Shown here: one piece after another, positions 32,136-43,232 of the stretch | Numbering within the stretch: position 1 is the stretch's first letter | Layout of the letters: every line of letters starts with the position of its first letter | DNA from: an uncultured Alphaproteobacteria bacterium | GTDB lineage: Bacteria > Pseudomonadota > Alphaproteobacteria > Rhizobiales > Aestuariivirgaceae | Reading direction: 5' to 3' | Length of the DNA stretch: 64,000 bases | Assembly (NCBI GenBank): GCA_963758815.1 | Contig: CAVWWQ010000010.1 | Location: 5,488-69,487 of the forward strand | Program-made: the position numbers and the translations under genes | The notes under the pieces: generated by a model | Seen by the model: the letters and a program-made list of their open reading frames with translations, nothing else | Databases searched by the model: none | What the model was told of the DNA's origin: nothing

Positions 32136-34514
32136 CTAACCTCTGAGTGTTGCGCCTACCGCCTTTTGGGCCGTTGCCACGATCTTAGCCGAAATGGCCT
32201 CAATGTCAGCATCGGTGAAGGTCTTTTCTTTCGGCTGCAAGCGTGACCTCCACGGCGAGCGACTTCCTGCCGCCGTCGAGCTTGTAGACGTCAAACACCG
32301 AAGCGTCGGCAATCAGCACCTTGTCGACGCCCTTGACAGCCTTGATCAGCTCGGCGGCCTGCACCCTGTCTTCGACAACAAAGGCAAAGTCACGCCACAC
32401 GGGCAGGAGATCGGAAATCGCCAGCGCTGCGCGCGAGGCCGTTTTCTGGCGCGACGGCGGCAGGGCATTGAGGATCACTTCGAAAGCGACCAGCGGCCCC
32501 TTCACATCCATGGCCTGCAATACGCGCGGATGCACTTCGCCGAAGAAGGCGAGCTTGTTCTGCGGGCCCATCTGGATGGTGCCGGAACGGCCGGGGTGGA
32601 ACCAGGCCGGTGCGCCCTGCACCACCTGCAAGGTGCCTGCTGCAAGGCCACAAGCCTCGATCACCGCCAGCGCGTCGGCCTTGGCATCGAAGGCATCAAC
32701 ATTGCGCGCGCCACCCTGCACATTGCGGGTGACATAGGCGCCGCGGCGCACGCCACCGGCGCGCAGGGTTTCGCCCTCCGGGCGGTCACTGGCATAGGCA
32801 TGGCCGACTTCAGCGAGCGCCACATCACTAAGCCCACGCGCGGCATTGCGGCCCGCGGCGGCAATGAGATTGGGCAAGAGCGAGGGCCGCATGTCGGAGA
32901 GTTCAGAAGAAATCGGGTTGGCCAATTTCAGCGACGGCTCGCCGCCGCCGAAGAGTTTCGCGTGGGTCTCGGGCAGGAAGGCCCAGGTGGCACATTCATT
33001 GAAGCCGCGGGTGGCGAGCAGGCGGCGTGCCGCCAGCATGCGCTTCTGCAGCGGGTTAAGCACGGGTTTGGCGATGTCGTTGGGCCGGCTCATGGCAGTG
33101 ACCGGCACATTGTCGAGACCATGGATGCGGCAGATTTCTTCCACCAGATCAGCTTCACCCTGAATATCCGGGCGCCAGCTTGGCACCTTGGCCAGGCCAT
33201 CATCAGACACGGCGAAGCCGAGATCGCGCAGGATGCGCAATTGCTCCGTCCACGGAATATCGACACCGCCCAGCGATTTCACACGGGTCTTGCGCAGTGT
33301 GAAACTGCGCGCCGTGTCAGGCACCGCACCGGCGATCACCAGCTCCGATGCCTCGCCGCCGCAGAGATCGAGGATCATGCGGGTGGCGATCTCGGCGCCC
33401 GACTTGCGTGAATGCCGGATCGACACCGCGCTCGAAACGATAGCGCGCATCGGAATGAATGCCGAGCTTGCGGCCTGCCGCCGCGGTCATGCGCGGATCA
33501 AAATAGGCGGCTTCGAGGAAAACGTTGGTTGTCGTCTCAGTGCAGCTTGAGGCCTCGCCACCCATGATGCCGGCAATGCCCTCGGCATTTTTGTCATCGG
33601 CAATGACGGTGATGCTCGGGTCCAGCGTATAGGTGCTGTTGTTGAGGGCCAGCAGCTGTTCGCCCTCCTTGGCGAGGCGCGCGGTGATGTTGCCATGGAC
33701 CTTGCCGGCATCGAAGACATGGAGCGGGCGGCCATAGGCGAAGGTCATGACATTGGTGATGTCGACCAGAAGCGAAATCGGCCTGAGACCAATGGCGGTC
33801 AAACGCTGCTGCAGCCATTTCGGCGAGGGACCGTTCTTGACGCCCCTGAAATAGCGCCCAACAAACAGCTGGCAGCTGTTGCCATCCCTGGCGATCGACA
33901 CGCTGATGGGGGACTTGAAAGTGCCCGGCACCGGCTCGGCCTTGACCGGTTTCAGCTTGCCCAGGCCCTTGGCGGCAAGATCGCGCGCGAGACCATGCAC
34001 ACCCAGCGCATCGGGGCGGTTGGCGGTGACCTTGATGTAGATCATCGGATCATTGAGGCCCAAGGCGACGGCAGCAGGCGTTCCCACTGGCCAATCACCC
34101 TGCACATCAATGATGCCATTGTGTTCATCGGAGAGCAGCAACTCACGCTCCGAGCACAGCATGGCCTGGCTTTCCTGGCCGCGAATGACACCTTTCTCCA
34201 GCGTGATCTTGGTGCCTGGAATGAAAGCGCCGGGCAACGCCACGATGGCCTTCATGCCGGTGCGGGCATTGGGCGCGCCGCAGACCACCTGTTTCACGCC
34301 CTCATCGGTTTCCACCTTACAGAGCTTGAGCTTGTCGGCATTGGGATGCTTTCTCGGCTTCCTTGACATAGGCGACCTTGAAGGCGGCCAGGTCCTTGGC
34401 AGCGTCGTGGACTTCTTCCACTTCAAGGCCCACACCGACGAGACCGTCCAGGATCTCATCGAGAGAGGCCGTAGTGTCGAGATGCTCCTTCAGCCAGGAG
34501 AGGGTGAATTTCAT
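32136..34514 (-). CDS. pheT: Phenylalanyl-tRNA synthetase beta subunit; frame breaks near 34350, 33410 and 32240
   Basis: [51 protein letters not shown]. Confidence 0.95.
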
Positions 34515-34530
34515 GAAAAAACTCCATTCG

Positions 34531-35016
34531 TCCTCGCCCGCTTGCGGGAGAGGACAGGGGCCCGAGCTGCAGCGCAGCTTGGGAAAGGTGAGGGGCTGAA
34601 CCCTGTCATTTGCGGAGCTCCTCCGAAATGAGTGTCAGCAACTGATCCATCCCTTGCGTTGCTTCGATATTCCCAAAGCGGATCACGCGGTAGCCCTCAG
34701 ATTTCAGATATTCCGTACGCTGTGCGTCACTGGTGATTTCTTCAGGTGTGGAATGTGTCCAGCCGTCGAGTTCGATAACCAGCTTTTTCTCACGGCACAG
34801 GAAGTCAGCGATATAGGGCCCGACGGTTGCTTGTCGAAGGAACTTGTAGCCTTCAAATTGGCGGTTACGCAGTTGCCCCCAGAGTTTCGATTCAGCGGGT
34901 GTACCAAGTTTGCGGAGAGTTCTGGCCTGGTTCAGTTTTCGCTTGGCGCGCATTCCCTCACCTATCCCATTGCAAAGCGCAAGGGGCCCCTTCCTCTCCC
35001 GCTGCGCGGGCGAGGA
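34531..35016. mobile_element. Putative DUF559 nuclease cassette bounded by ~62-64 bp imperfect inverted repeats
   Basis: Left end 34531-34594 and right end 34955-35016 are reverse complements, each with two hairpins; inserted between pheS and pheT. Confidence 0.6.
34606..34953 (-). CDS. DUF559 (Vsr-like) endonuclease domain protein
   Basis: [45 protein letters not shown]. Confidence 0.9.
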   Translation of the reverse strand: MRAKRKLNQARTLRKLGTPAESKLWGQLRNRQFEGYKFLRQATVGPYIADFLCREKKLVIELDGWTHSTPEEITSDAQRTEYLKSEGYRVIRFGNIEATQGMDQLLTLISEELRK

Positions 35017-35022
35017 CATACA

Positions 35023-36097
<1,075 letters not shown>

Positions 36098-36151
36098 TGC
36101 GTCTCTTTTGAATGCTGAGTTTCCGCTTTCGCGGGAATGAGGGGAGTAGTC

Positions 36152-36198
36152 AAAATAAAACCGGGCCCATGGCGGTTTAAACGCCATAAAGACCCGGT
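36152..36198 (-). terminator. Probable intrinsic terminator after rplT
   Basis: Interrupted stem CCGGG..ATGGCG/CGCCAT..CCCGG followed on the minus strand by TTTTATTTT. Confidence 0.55.
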
Positions 36199-36225
36199 CA
36201 AGACTCGGTTGTGTGTTTGGAAGGA

Positions 36226-36585
36226 TCAGGCTGCCTGGGCAGCCTTGGCCTTTTCCACGAGGGCAGCGAAGGCTGCCTTGTCGGTCACAGCAAGATCGGC
36301 AAGGACCTTGCGGTCCACCACGATCCCGGCCTTGTCCAGGCCGTAGATAAATCGGCCATAGGTCAGGCCGAGTTCACGGGTTGCCGCGTTGATGCGCTGG
36401 ATCCAGAGGGCGCGGAAATTGCGCTTCCTGCGGCGGCGGTCACGATAAGCATACTGGCCGGCCTTTTCCACGGCCTGCACGGCAACGCGGAAAATGTTCT
36501 TGCGGCGGCTGAAATAGCCCTTCGCGGCCTTGATAACTTTCTTGTGGGAGCGGCGGGCAACGACGCCGCCTTTTGAACGTGGCAT
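36226..36585 (-). CDS. rplT: 50S ribosomal protein L20
   Basis: [23 protein letters not shown]. Confidence 0.97.
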   Translation of the reverse strand: MPRSKGGVVARRSHKKVIKAAKGYFSRRKNIFRVAVQAVEKAGQYAYRDRRRRKRNFRALWIQRINAATRELGLTYGRFIYGLDKAGIVVDRKVLADLAVTDKAAFAALVEKAKAAQAA

Positions 36586-36598
36586 GTGTCAGCCTCCC

Positions 36599-36799
36599 TC
36601 AGCGCGCGTAGGGCATGTGGATCTTGACCAGGCGTTCGTCACCTGCAGCCAAAATCATCGTGCCACGCTGATTGCGGATCTGTTTCTTGGTGCGCTTGAT
36701 CATGCCGTGGCGCTTGCCAGCGGCAGCGGCGCGGACCTTGCCGGACGCCGTCATCTTGAACCGCTTCTTGGCGGCAGACTTGGTCTTCATTTTGGGCAT
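36599..36799 (-). CDS. rpmI: 50S ribosomal protein L35
   Basis: [22 protein letters not shown]. Confidence 0.97.
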   Translation of the reverse strand: MPKMKTKSAAKKRFKMTASGKVRAAAAGKRHGMIKRTKKQIRNQRGTMILAAGDERLVKIHMPYAR

Positions 36800-37029
36800 T
36801 TTGCTGTTCCTTTAAGCCATTAAAACCAGCCGCCATGGCATGCCCTTACACAGGCCAGGCGGCATTCAACTTCTCCATGGGGTGAAGTGCGCTGCGATAA
36901 AGCAGAAATGGCCTTTAAAGGCAAGAGCGGCGCAAATCAGGGCCGATGGAACCCTGATTTGCTTCGACTATCGCGTCATAGAGCGGATTATGGAGCGTAC
37001 TGGAGCGCTTTGGAGGCGTCTCAAGCGCA

Positions 37030-37356
37030 TTATGAGGTGCAGGCCGCGACAGTCGTTGTCGCCGGCTTGGTGGCTGGCTGGGCTTTTGGCTCCTCCACAA
37101 GCACCTGATCCCACTCGCAATTGCGCTGTTCAAGCTCCCAGGTCAGATCGCGGCCCAAGGGCAGTTCAATGAGCTGCACCAGATCATAACGCGACAGGCC
37201 AATATCCCGCAGCTGATAATCGCTGAGTTTCAGCAACGTCTTCAAATCGTTACGCGCGCGCCATTGCCATACACGGCGCACAAGGCCGGTGAAGCGGCCA
37301 AAGGCGTTCCGCATTTCGGCTTCATGTCTCATGTACTCGCGCATTGTCATCTCCAT
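37030..37356 (-). CDS. DUF1127 (YjiS-like) small protein
   Basis: WRARNDL..LLKLSDYQLRDIGLSRYDL signature. Confidence 0.85.
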   Translation of the reverse strand: MEMTMREYMRHEAEMRNAFGRFTGLVRRVWQWRARNDLKTLLKLSDYQLRDIGLSRYDLVQLIELPLGRDLTWELEQRNCEWDQVLVEEPKAQPATKPATTTVAACTS

Positions 37357-37444
37357 TGTATCTATTGTATCCAGCCAAAATCCCTTGATTTGGGCTTCGT
37401 ACTAATACAATATGCGGATCGCTCGAACAATTGAAACATTGTAC
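37355..37444. promoter_or_regulatory. Candidate MocR-family operator array
   Basis: ATTGTATC at 37355 and 37364, inverted ATACAAT at 37405, ATTGTAC at 37438. Confidence 0.6.
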
Positions 37445-37446
37445 CC

Positions 37447-38838
37447 ATGACAATTTGGATTCCCAGTCTCGACCGTTCCAAGCCGCTCTATCTTGCCATT
37501 GCCGATGCCATGGCAAACGACGTGGGCAACGGGTTGCTGCCGCGCGGTGCACGCCTGCCGCCGCAACGTGACCTCGCCTGGAAACTCGGTGTTACCCTTG
37601 GCACGGTGACGCGCGCTTACCGCGAGGCCGAATCCCGTGGCTTGCTCTCAGGCGAGGTGGGCCGCGGCAGTTTCATCCGTTCGGGCTCGCAAGTCCCGCC
37701 TCTCAATGGCCTGCCGGCAGACCAGAGCGATGTCGTAGACCTCAGCCATGCCATTCCACCGCCCGTCATCACATCGCAGGATTTCGATCAGGCGCTGGCG
37801 ACGATCATGCGCGATCCGAAGAAGCTCGGACTTCTTGACTATGCGCCTCATGAAGGCTTCACGCCGCACCGGGCCATGGCGGTACAGTGGCTGAAGCGCA
37901 GCGGCATTGAAACCCAGGAACGCGATGTCTTCGTGACTTCGGGCGCGCAGCTTGGCCTTCTGGTGACCTTGCAGGCACTCGCGGATCCGGGCGAAAAGAT
38001 CATGGCGGAAACCATCAACTATGCACTGTTGCGATCAACCTTCAAATCGGCACACCTGCAACCTCTGTGCTTGGAACAGGATACAGAAGGATTGTGCCCT
38101 GACGATTTCGAGCGCGCGGCGGCGGCAAAGCTTTCGCGTTTTCTCTATCTGGTGCCATCGCTGCAAAATCCCACCACCCGCACCATGAGCCGCAGGCGGC
38201 GCGACGAAATCGTCGCCATTGCCCGCAAGCATGACATCACCATCATCGAGGATGACATTTTCCGCCTGCTCGACGAGCGTGTGCAGCCGCCAACATTTTA
38301 TTCACTGGCACCAGAACGCGTCGTTCACATCACAAGCCTGTCCAAGACTCTGGCACCGGGCTTGCGCCTGGGCTTCGTGGTGACACCCGCCGGGCAGGAC
38401 AAGCTGTTGCGCAATCATCTGCGCTCGATGAGCCCACGCAGCGTCGGCATTACTGGCGAAATGGCACGTTACTGGATTTCCTCCGGCAAAGCGGATGACA
38501 TTCTGGGCCGCATCCGGATCGAGCTGCAGCGGCGGCGCGCAGTGTTCCTCGATGTGTTCAAGGATCAGAAGGTGACATGCGAGCCGGGCGCGCCCTTTGC
38601 CTGGCTTGAACTTCCAGAAGACTGGACCGGCAACCGCTTTGCGGCGGCATTGCGCGCGCATCGCATCTATATCACGCCCGGCTCGGCTTTCGATCTTTCC
38701 GGCACGCAGCGCGCATCGCAACATGTGCGTATCTGCTTTGGCAGCCCGCAGGCGCAGTGGCGGCCGATGCCGAGCTTCGAGATGATCCGCAGCATTCTGG
38801 ACGCTGGTGAGGATGAAAGTTTCACACCAGTGGCATGA
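37447..38838 (+). CDS. MocR/GabR family regulator (GntR HTH plus PLP aminotransferase-like domain)
   Basis: RLPPQRDLA..TVTRAY HTH; LQNPT, IIEDD, SLSKTLAPGLRLG. Confidence 0.93.
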   Translation: MTIWIPSLDRSKPLYLAIADAMANDVGNGLLPRGARLPPQRDLAWKLGVTLGTVTRAYREAESRGLLSGEVGRGSFIRSGSQVPPLNGLPADQSDVVDLSHAIPPPVITSQDFDQALATIMRDPKKLGLLDYAPHEGFTPHRAMAVQWLKRSGIETQERDVFVTSGAQLGLLVTLQALADPGEKIMAETINYALLRSTFKSAHLQPLCLEQDTEGLCPDDFERAAAAKLSRFLYLVPSLQNPTTRTMSRRRRDEIVAIARKHDITIIEDDIFRLLDERVQPPTFYSLAPERVVHITSLSKTLAPGLRLGFVVTPAGQDKLLRNHLRSMSPRSVGITGEMARYWISSGKADDILGRIRIELQRRRAVFLDVFKDQKVTCEPGAPFAWLELPEDWTGNRFAAALRAHRIYITPGSAFDLSGTQRASQHVRICFGSPQAQWRPMPSFEMIRSILDAGEDESFTPVA

Positions 38839-38844
38839 AACTGT

Positions 38845-40833
38845 TCAATCGCCATTTATATCCTTGGCAATTTCCGGTCGAAGATCCATCAACATGGCAT
38901 CAGCCAAGGAGGCATGACCTTCGGCAGACGGATGCATGGCGCCTGTTGTTTCGGTAAAATCGCGCGCCGAAGCTTTTTCATCGATGTAGCCGGAGCGATC
39001 GACAATTTTCTGATTGATGATCATGTAGGCATCATTGACGGTGCGCACCCAGCGCTGGCGCAACGCATAGGGATAGTTCTGGGTGGCCGGGTCATAGGGC
39101 CGCCACGCGGTCGACTTGCTTAATACAACGGATTGGCAGGTTTGCGTGGGACGAGATGCGTTGCCAAAACAGGGAATAATCAGGGCTTCTGCGGGATCAT
39201 CCAGCCTGTCCTGGCGCTGCGCACAAAAGCCATGGCCCTTGAAGGGTTTGTCAGTATGGGCACGGCCGGCGAAGGTCCAGCCATTGGCATCGGCCAGTTC
39301 CTTCATACGCTGATAAAGCGTTTCAAGCTGACCATGCGCGGCATCAACTTTGCTCTGGGTTACAACCAGCCAGCGGTTGAAGCGGTCCATTGACTGATTG
39401 GCGGGATAGGCATCTTCGGGCTTGCTATCATCCGAAACACCTTTGCAGGTTTCGCCCGATTCATCGGCAAGAATGTCGGGATAAGCCGTCAGCACGATGC
39501 GTGAGGGATCATAAGGCATGGCGTCATGGGCCAACGGCATGGCCTTTTCCATCTGCCGTGCCAGGCGCTGATAGGCCTTGGGCAGAATGTTCTGCATGTT
39601 GGCAGCGAACTGATTGGGCGAGACGGTGGCGCCGAGCCAGCTTGCTATGTCAGTGATGGGTCCAGAGCGCAAGGTCGCCCAGCTCACCAGATTTGCAAAG
39701 CCGATGTCATTGCCACCGATGGACAGGAACACATAGTCGACATTGCGCCGGAATTGATTGCCCGGACAGGTCCAAAGACCCTGATCGCGCACCGGCTTGA
39801 CCTTGCACAAATCGCGCAGGAACCAGGCCATCTCGCCATCATTGCCACCGCCGGAAATCGGCGTGACGTTGGATTGATCCTTCGACGCATCGTCGCTTTT
39901 GTATTCGACATAAGCTTGTGGACCGATAATGCCTTTGTCGACAGTGGCGCCAGAGCAGGCGTAACCAAGATAGGTGACGGCGCTATGTGGATTCTCAAGA
40001 CCGATCTGCAATGCTGCGCGTATCTGATAGGAATACAGCGAGCGATGGCAGAGCTTGTCGAGCCATTGCGCAGAGCCTGATCTGTCAGGAATGGCGCGCG
40101 CGGGATAGAGATTGGCCACCCGCTTGTTCTCATCCAAGATCACCGGCACATCAGGATTGCCTTCGCCGGAGGCAAAGCTGTCGCCCATGCCGACAATCAG
40201 AAGATCCTTCACCTTGGCATCGATGCTGATCGGTCTTTCACCTTCAACATTGACTGAAATCGTGGCGCCATCCGGATACGGGATTGTAGAGCGAATGGCC
40301 TGATCACAGGGCGCAACGATTTCGGGCGCGTCACCGACTTGCCAATGACAATTATACTCGGAGATGAGATTGTCGCGATCAAGTTGCTTCAGGCTGATTT
40401 CGATCTCATGACCAGCGGGAGTGACATAGGCATCAAGGCCGCCGCATGCGGAATAGGCGCGCTTGTCGCTGTCATAGCATGTGCCATCCAATGCCTTCGC
40501 GGCCCAGCCGCGCCAGTCAAATTTGGTACGCAGAATGTGGGTAAAAGGAATGCGCCTGTCGTTCAGTACATGTTCAGTGCCGAGCACGGAGCTGTTGTAG
40601 TAAAACATGTCATTGTCTTCTTCCGAGGCATCGCGGGTGGCGACGTGCTGGCCATATTGCCGCCACGCATTTTCCTGTTCCTGGAAAAGAGAGGGATCAT
40701 GAAAGAACCGGAAGCGGTTTGTGACCTTCCAGACAATCTGAACGTTGCTGCTGGTCAGAACTTCCGCCGAAGCCTGTGTTGCCTGGAGCACCACAAAGGA
40801 AATCAGGACAAGAAAAAGCCGCCGCACCATCAT
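38845..40833 (-). CDS. Secreted SGNH/GDSL-type hydrolase-like protein
   Basis: Signal peptide; GDSFASGEG, ACSGA, SIGGND, AMHP. Confidence 0.75.
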   Translation of the reverse strand: MMVRRLFLVLISFVVLQATQASAEVLTSSNVQIVWKVTNRFRFFHDPSLFQEQENAWRQYGQHVATRDASEEDNDMFYYNSSVLGTEHVLNDRRIPFTHILRTKFDWRGWAAKALDGTCYDSDKRAYSACGGLDAYVTPAGHEIEISLKQLDRDNLISEYNCHWQVGDAPEIVAPCDQAIRSTIPYPDGATISVNVEGERPISIDAKVKDLLIVGMGDSFASGEGNPDVPVILDENKRVANLYPARAIPDRSGSAQWLDKLCHRSLYSYQIRAALQIGLENPHSAVTYLGYACSGATVDKGIIGPQAYVEYKSDDASKDQSNVTPISGGGNDGEMAWFLRDLCKVKPVRDQGLWTCPGNQFRRNVDYVFLSIGGNDIGFANLVSWATLRSGPITDIASWLGATVSPNQFAANMQNILPKAYQRLARQMEKAMPLAHDAMPYDPSRIVLTAYPDILADESGETCKGVSDDSKPEDAYPANQSMDRFNRWLVVTQSKVDAAHGQLETLYQRMKELADANGWTFAGRAHTDKPFKGHGFCAQRQDRLDDPAEALIIPCFGNASRPTQTCQSVVLSKSTAWRPYDPATQNYPYALRQRWVRTVNDAYMIINQKIVDRSGYIDEKASARDFTETTGAMHPSAEGHASLADAMLMDLRPEIAKDINGD

Positions 40834-40896
40834 GCCCCTCTCTCCCTGATGGAGATGATGGGAATATGGCAAAGCGGCGGCCTTGAAAATAAAGTG

Positions 40897-41487
40897 CTAC
40901 TTATTGACCTTAGGGGCAAGGATCATGATGATCTGGCGGCCTTCGAAGCGCGGCTCCAGCTCAACCTTGGCAATATCGACTGTGTCAGCCTTCACCTTGG
41001 TCAACAACTGGTGACCCAGTTCCTGGTGATCCATTTCACGGCCACGGAAACGCAATGTGACCTTGACCTTGTCACCCTCATCGAAGAAGCGCTTCGCAGC
41101 CTTCATCTTCACATCATAATCATGATCATCGATCATCGGCCGGAGCTTGATCTCTTTCAACTCCACCACGCGCTGTTTCTTGCGCGCTTCGGCGAGACGC
41201 TTCTGCTCCTGAAATTTGAATTTTCCGTAGTCCAGAATCTTGGCCACAGGCGGCTTGGCATCGGGCGAGATTTCCACGAGGTCGAGGCCGGCTTCGTCCG
41301 CCATGATCAAGGCAGCCCGGGTTTGCACCACGCCGACATTGTTTCCGTCAGCGTCAATGAGGCGCACTTCGCGGGCCTCGATGCGGTTGTTGATCTTGTG
41401 GGCTTCTTCTTTGGCCGGCGCTTCCATTGCGGCGCGGCGGGGCGGCGCGGGCCGCTTGGGTGGCATGGGTCTGGGGGGTAAGCTCAA
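40897..41487 (-). CDS. infC: Translation initiation factor IF-3
   Basis: [40 protein letters not shown]. Confidence 0.96.
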   Translation of the reverse strand: MSLPPRPMPPKRPAPPRRAAMEAPAKEEAHKINNRIEAREVRLIDADGNNVGVVQTRAALIMADEAGLDLVEISPDAKPPVAKILDYGKFKFQEQKRLAEARKKQRVVELKEIKLRPMIDDHDYDVKMKAAKRFFDEGDKVKVTLRFRGREMDHQELGHQLLTKVKADTVDIAKVELEPRFEGRQIIMILAPKVNK

Positions 41488-41623
41488 GTAGTTCTATTCT
41501 CCTGAATTTGGGCACGAATTCAGTTTGCGAATCCGGCGGCCCTTGTCTAGCGGATGGGTTTAGACAGCCAAATTGGGGCTGCCGTCAAGCTGCAATGACC
41601 GAAATCGCGAAAGGATTGAAGCA

Positions 41624-42421
41624 ATGACACAAATGCTCATCGACCGGCGTCTTGGCGGCCTGGAACTCGCCTATATGGTTGATGGCGGGAAGGACGAGAT
41701 TGGCCGGTGTGGCTTTATGTTTCTGGGCGGCTTCAAATCTGACATGACGGGCAAAAAGGCCGAAGCCCTAGCTGACCTCGCTCGCAGCACCCGGCGCCGC
41801 GGCTTGCGGTTTGACTATTCCGGACATGGGCAATCATCCGGAGAATTTAGGGACCGGACGGTCAGCGATTGGCTGGAAGAGAGCCTGCACATGTTCCTCG
41901 CCCATACCCGCTCCAAAATGGTGATTGTTGGTTCCTCCATGGGCGGGTGGCTGGCCCTGCTCCTGGCACGTCGTCTCAAGGAAGAGGATCCAGCTGCCTT
42001 CCGGCGGGTGGCAGGCCTGGTTCTGATCGCTCCGGCCGCAGACATGACCCAAGACCTGATGTGGAAGACCTTCGGTGAACCAATCCGCAACGAACTGCGG
42101 ATGACTGGCATGTATCTGCAACCTTCGCAATATGGCGAGCCCTACGAGATTACCAGCAAGCTCCTGAGCGATGGCCTCAAGCACCAGATCCTCGAAGCAA
42201 CACTCAACCTGCCTTTCCCTGTCCGCATCCTTCAAGGCACGCATGACGTTGAGGTGCCGCCCGCACACGCCGTCAAAACCATGGATGCTTTGACCGGCCC
42301 CGATATCACGCTGACCCTGATCAAGGGCGGCGATCACCGCCTTTCGACTTCCATCCAGCTCAAATTCATTTGTGAAACGGTAATCAGCCTTGCGGAAAGG
42401 GCCGATGGAGCTGGGTTTTGA
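41624..42421 (+). CDS. Alpha/beta hydrolase
   Basis: GFKSDM, RFDYSGHG, GSSMGG nucleophile elbow, GDHRLS. Confidence 0.9.
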   Translation: MTQMLIDRRLGGLELAYMVDGGKDEIGRCGFMFLGGFKSDMTGKKAEALADLARSTRRRGLRFDYSGHGQSSGEFRDRTVSDWLEESLHMFLAHTRSKMVIVGSSMGGWLALLLARRLKEEDPAAFRRVAGLVLIAPAADMTQDLMWKTFGEPIRNELRMTGMYLQPSQYGEPYEITSKLLSDGLKHQILEATLNLPFPVRILQGTHDVEVPPAHAVKTMDALTGPDITLTLIKGGDHRLSTSIQLKFICETVISLAERADGAGF

Positions 42422-43232
42422 AGATGGCTTCCAAACCTACAATGTAATTCGGATAGAGCAGGCGATATCCCAATTCCTGCTTGATGCGGGCATTCGAGAC
42501 ACGCTTTGACTCGTCATAAAAACTGCGCGCCATCGGAGACAGCAGAGCCTGGTCATAGGGAATTTCAGGCGGGGGCTCGCGGCCCAAAAGCTCTGCTGCA
42601 TAAGCCACCACATCCTGTGGCGGACAAGGTTCATCATCGGCAATGTTGTAGACGCAGCCCGGACTGGGTTGCAGCATGGAAGCCTTCAGAACGCCGGCAA
42701 TGTCCTCGACATGGACGCGGCAGAACACGTGACCCGGTTTCACAACCCGCTTTGCAGTTCCATCCCGAACGGTATCCAATTGGCTTCGTCCCGGCCCATA
42801 GATTCCAGGCAAGCGGAAGATGTGCGCCTGAACACGCGACCATAGTTCTTCAGCCAGGGCCCGTTTGTGTGCGCGTGAGGATTGCGGGGTGACAGGTGTG
42901 CTCTCATCAACCCATCTGCCCTGATGATCGCCATAGACACCCGTCGTGGACAGATAGCCGATCCAGCGCCCCGGCTTTGCAATGCTTGAAGCAAATTTGC
43001 GCAAGACCGGATCGCCCTCTTCGTCAGGTGGAACTGACGACAGAAGATGCGTGACGTCATCCGGAACAGTGGGAAGTTCATCGAATAGGAAAGGATGAAA
43101 GCCGTTTGCTTCCATCACTTTTTTCGATTCTTCAGAGCGACAGGTGCCACTGATACGCCACTGCGACACATCCAGTTGCGTGGCCAAGACCTGCGCGGTG
43201 TAGCCGAACCCAAAGCAGAAAAGATGTTTCAT
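42384..43232 (-). CDS. NAD(P)-dependent epimerase/atypical SDR
   Basis: FGFGY, YLSTTGVYGD, FRLPGIYGPGR. Confidence 0.88.
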   Translation of the reverse strand: MKHLFCFGFGYTAQVLATQLDVSQWRISGTCRSEESKKVMEANGFHPFLFDELPTVPDDVTHLLSSVPPDEEGDPVLRKFASSIAKPGRWIGYLSTTGVYGDHQGRWVDESTPVTPQSSRAHKRALAEELWSRVQAHIFRLPGIYGPGRSQLDTVRDGTAKRVVKPGHVFCRVHVEDIAGVLKASMLQPSPGCVYNIADDEPCPPQDVVAYAAELLGREPPPEIPYDQALLSPMARSFYDESKRVSNARIKQELGYRLLYPNYIVGLEAIFKTQLHRPFPQG

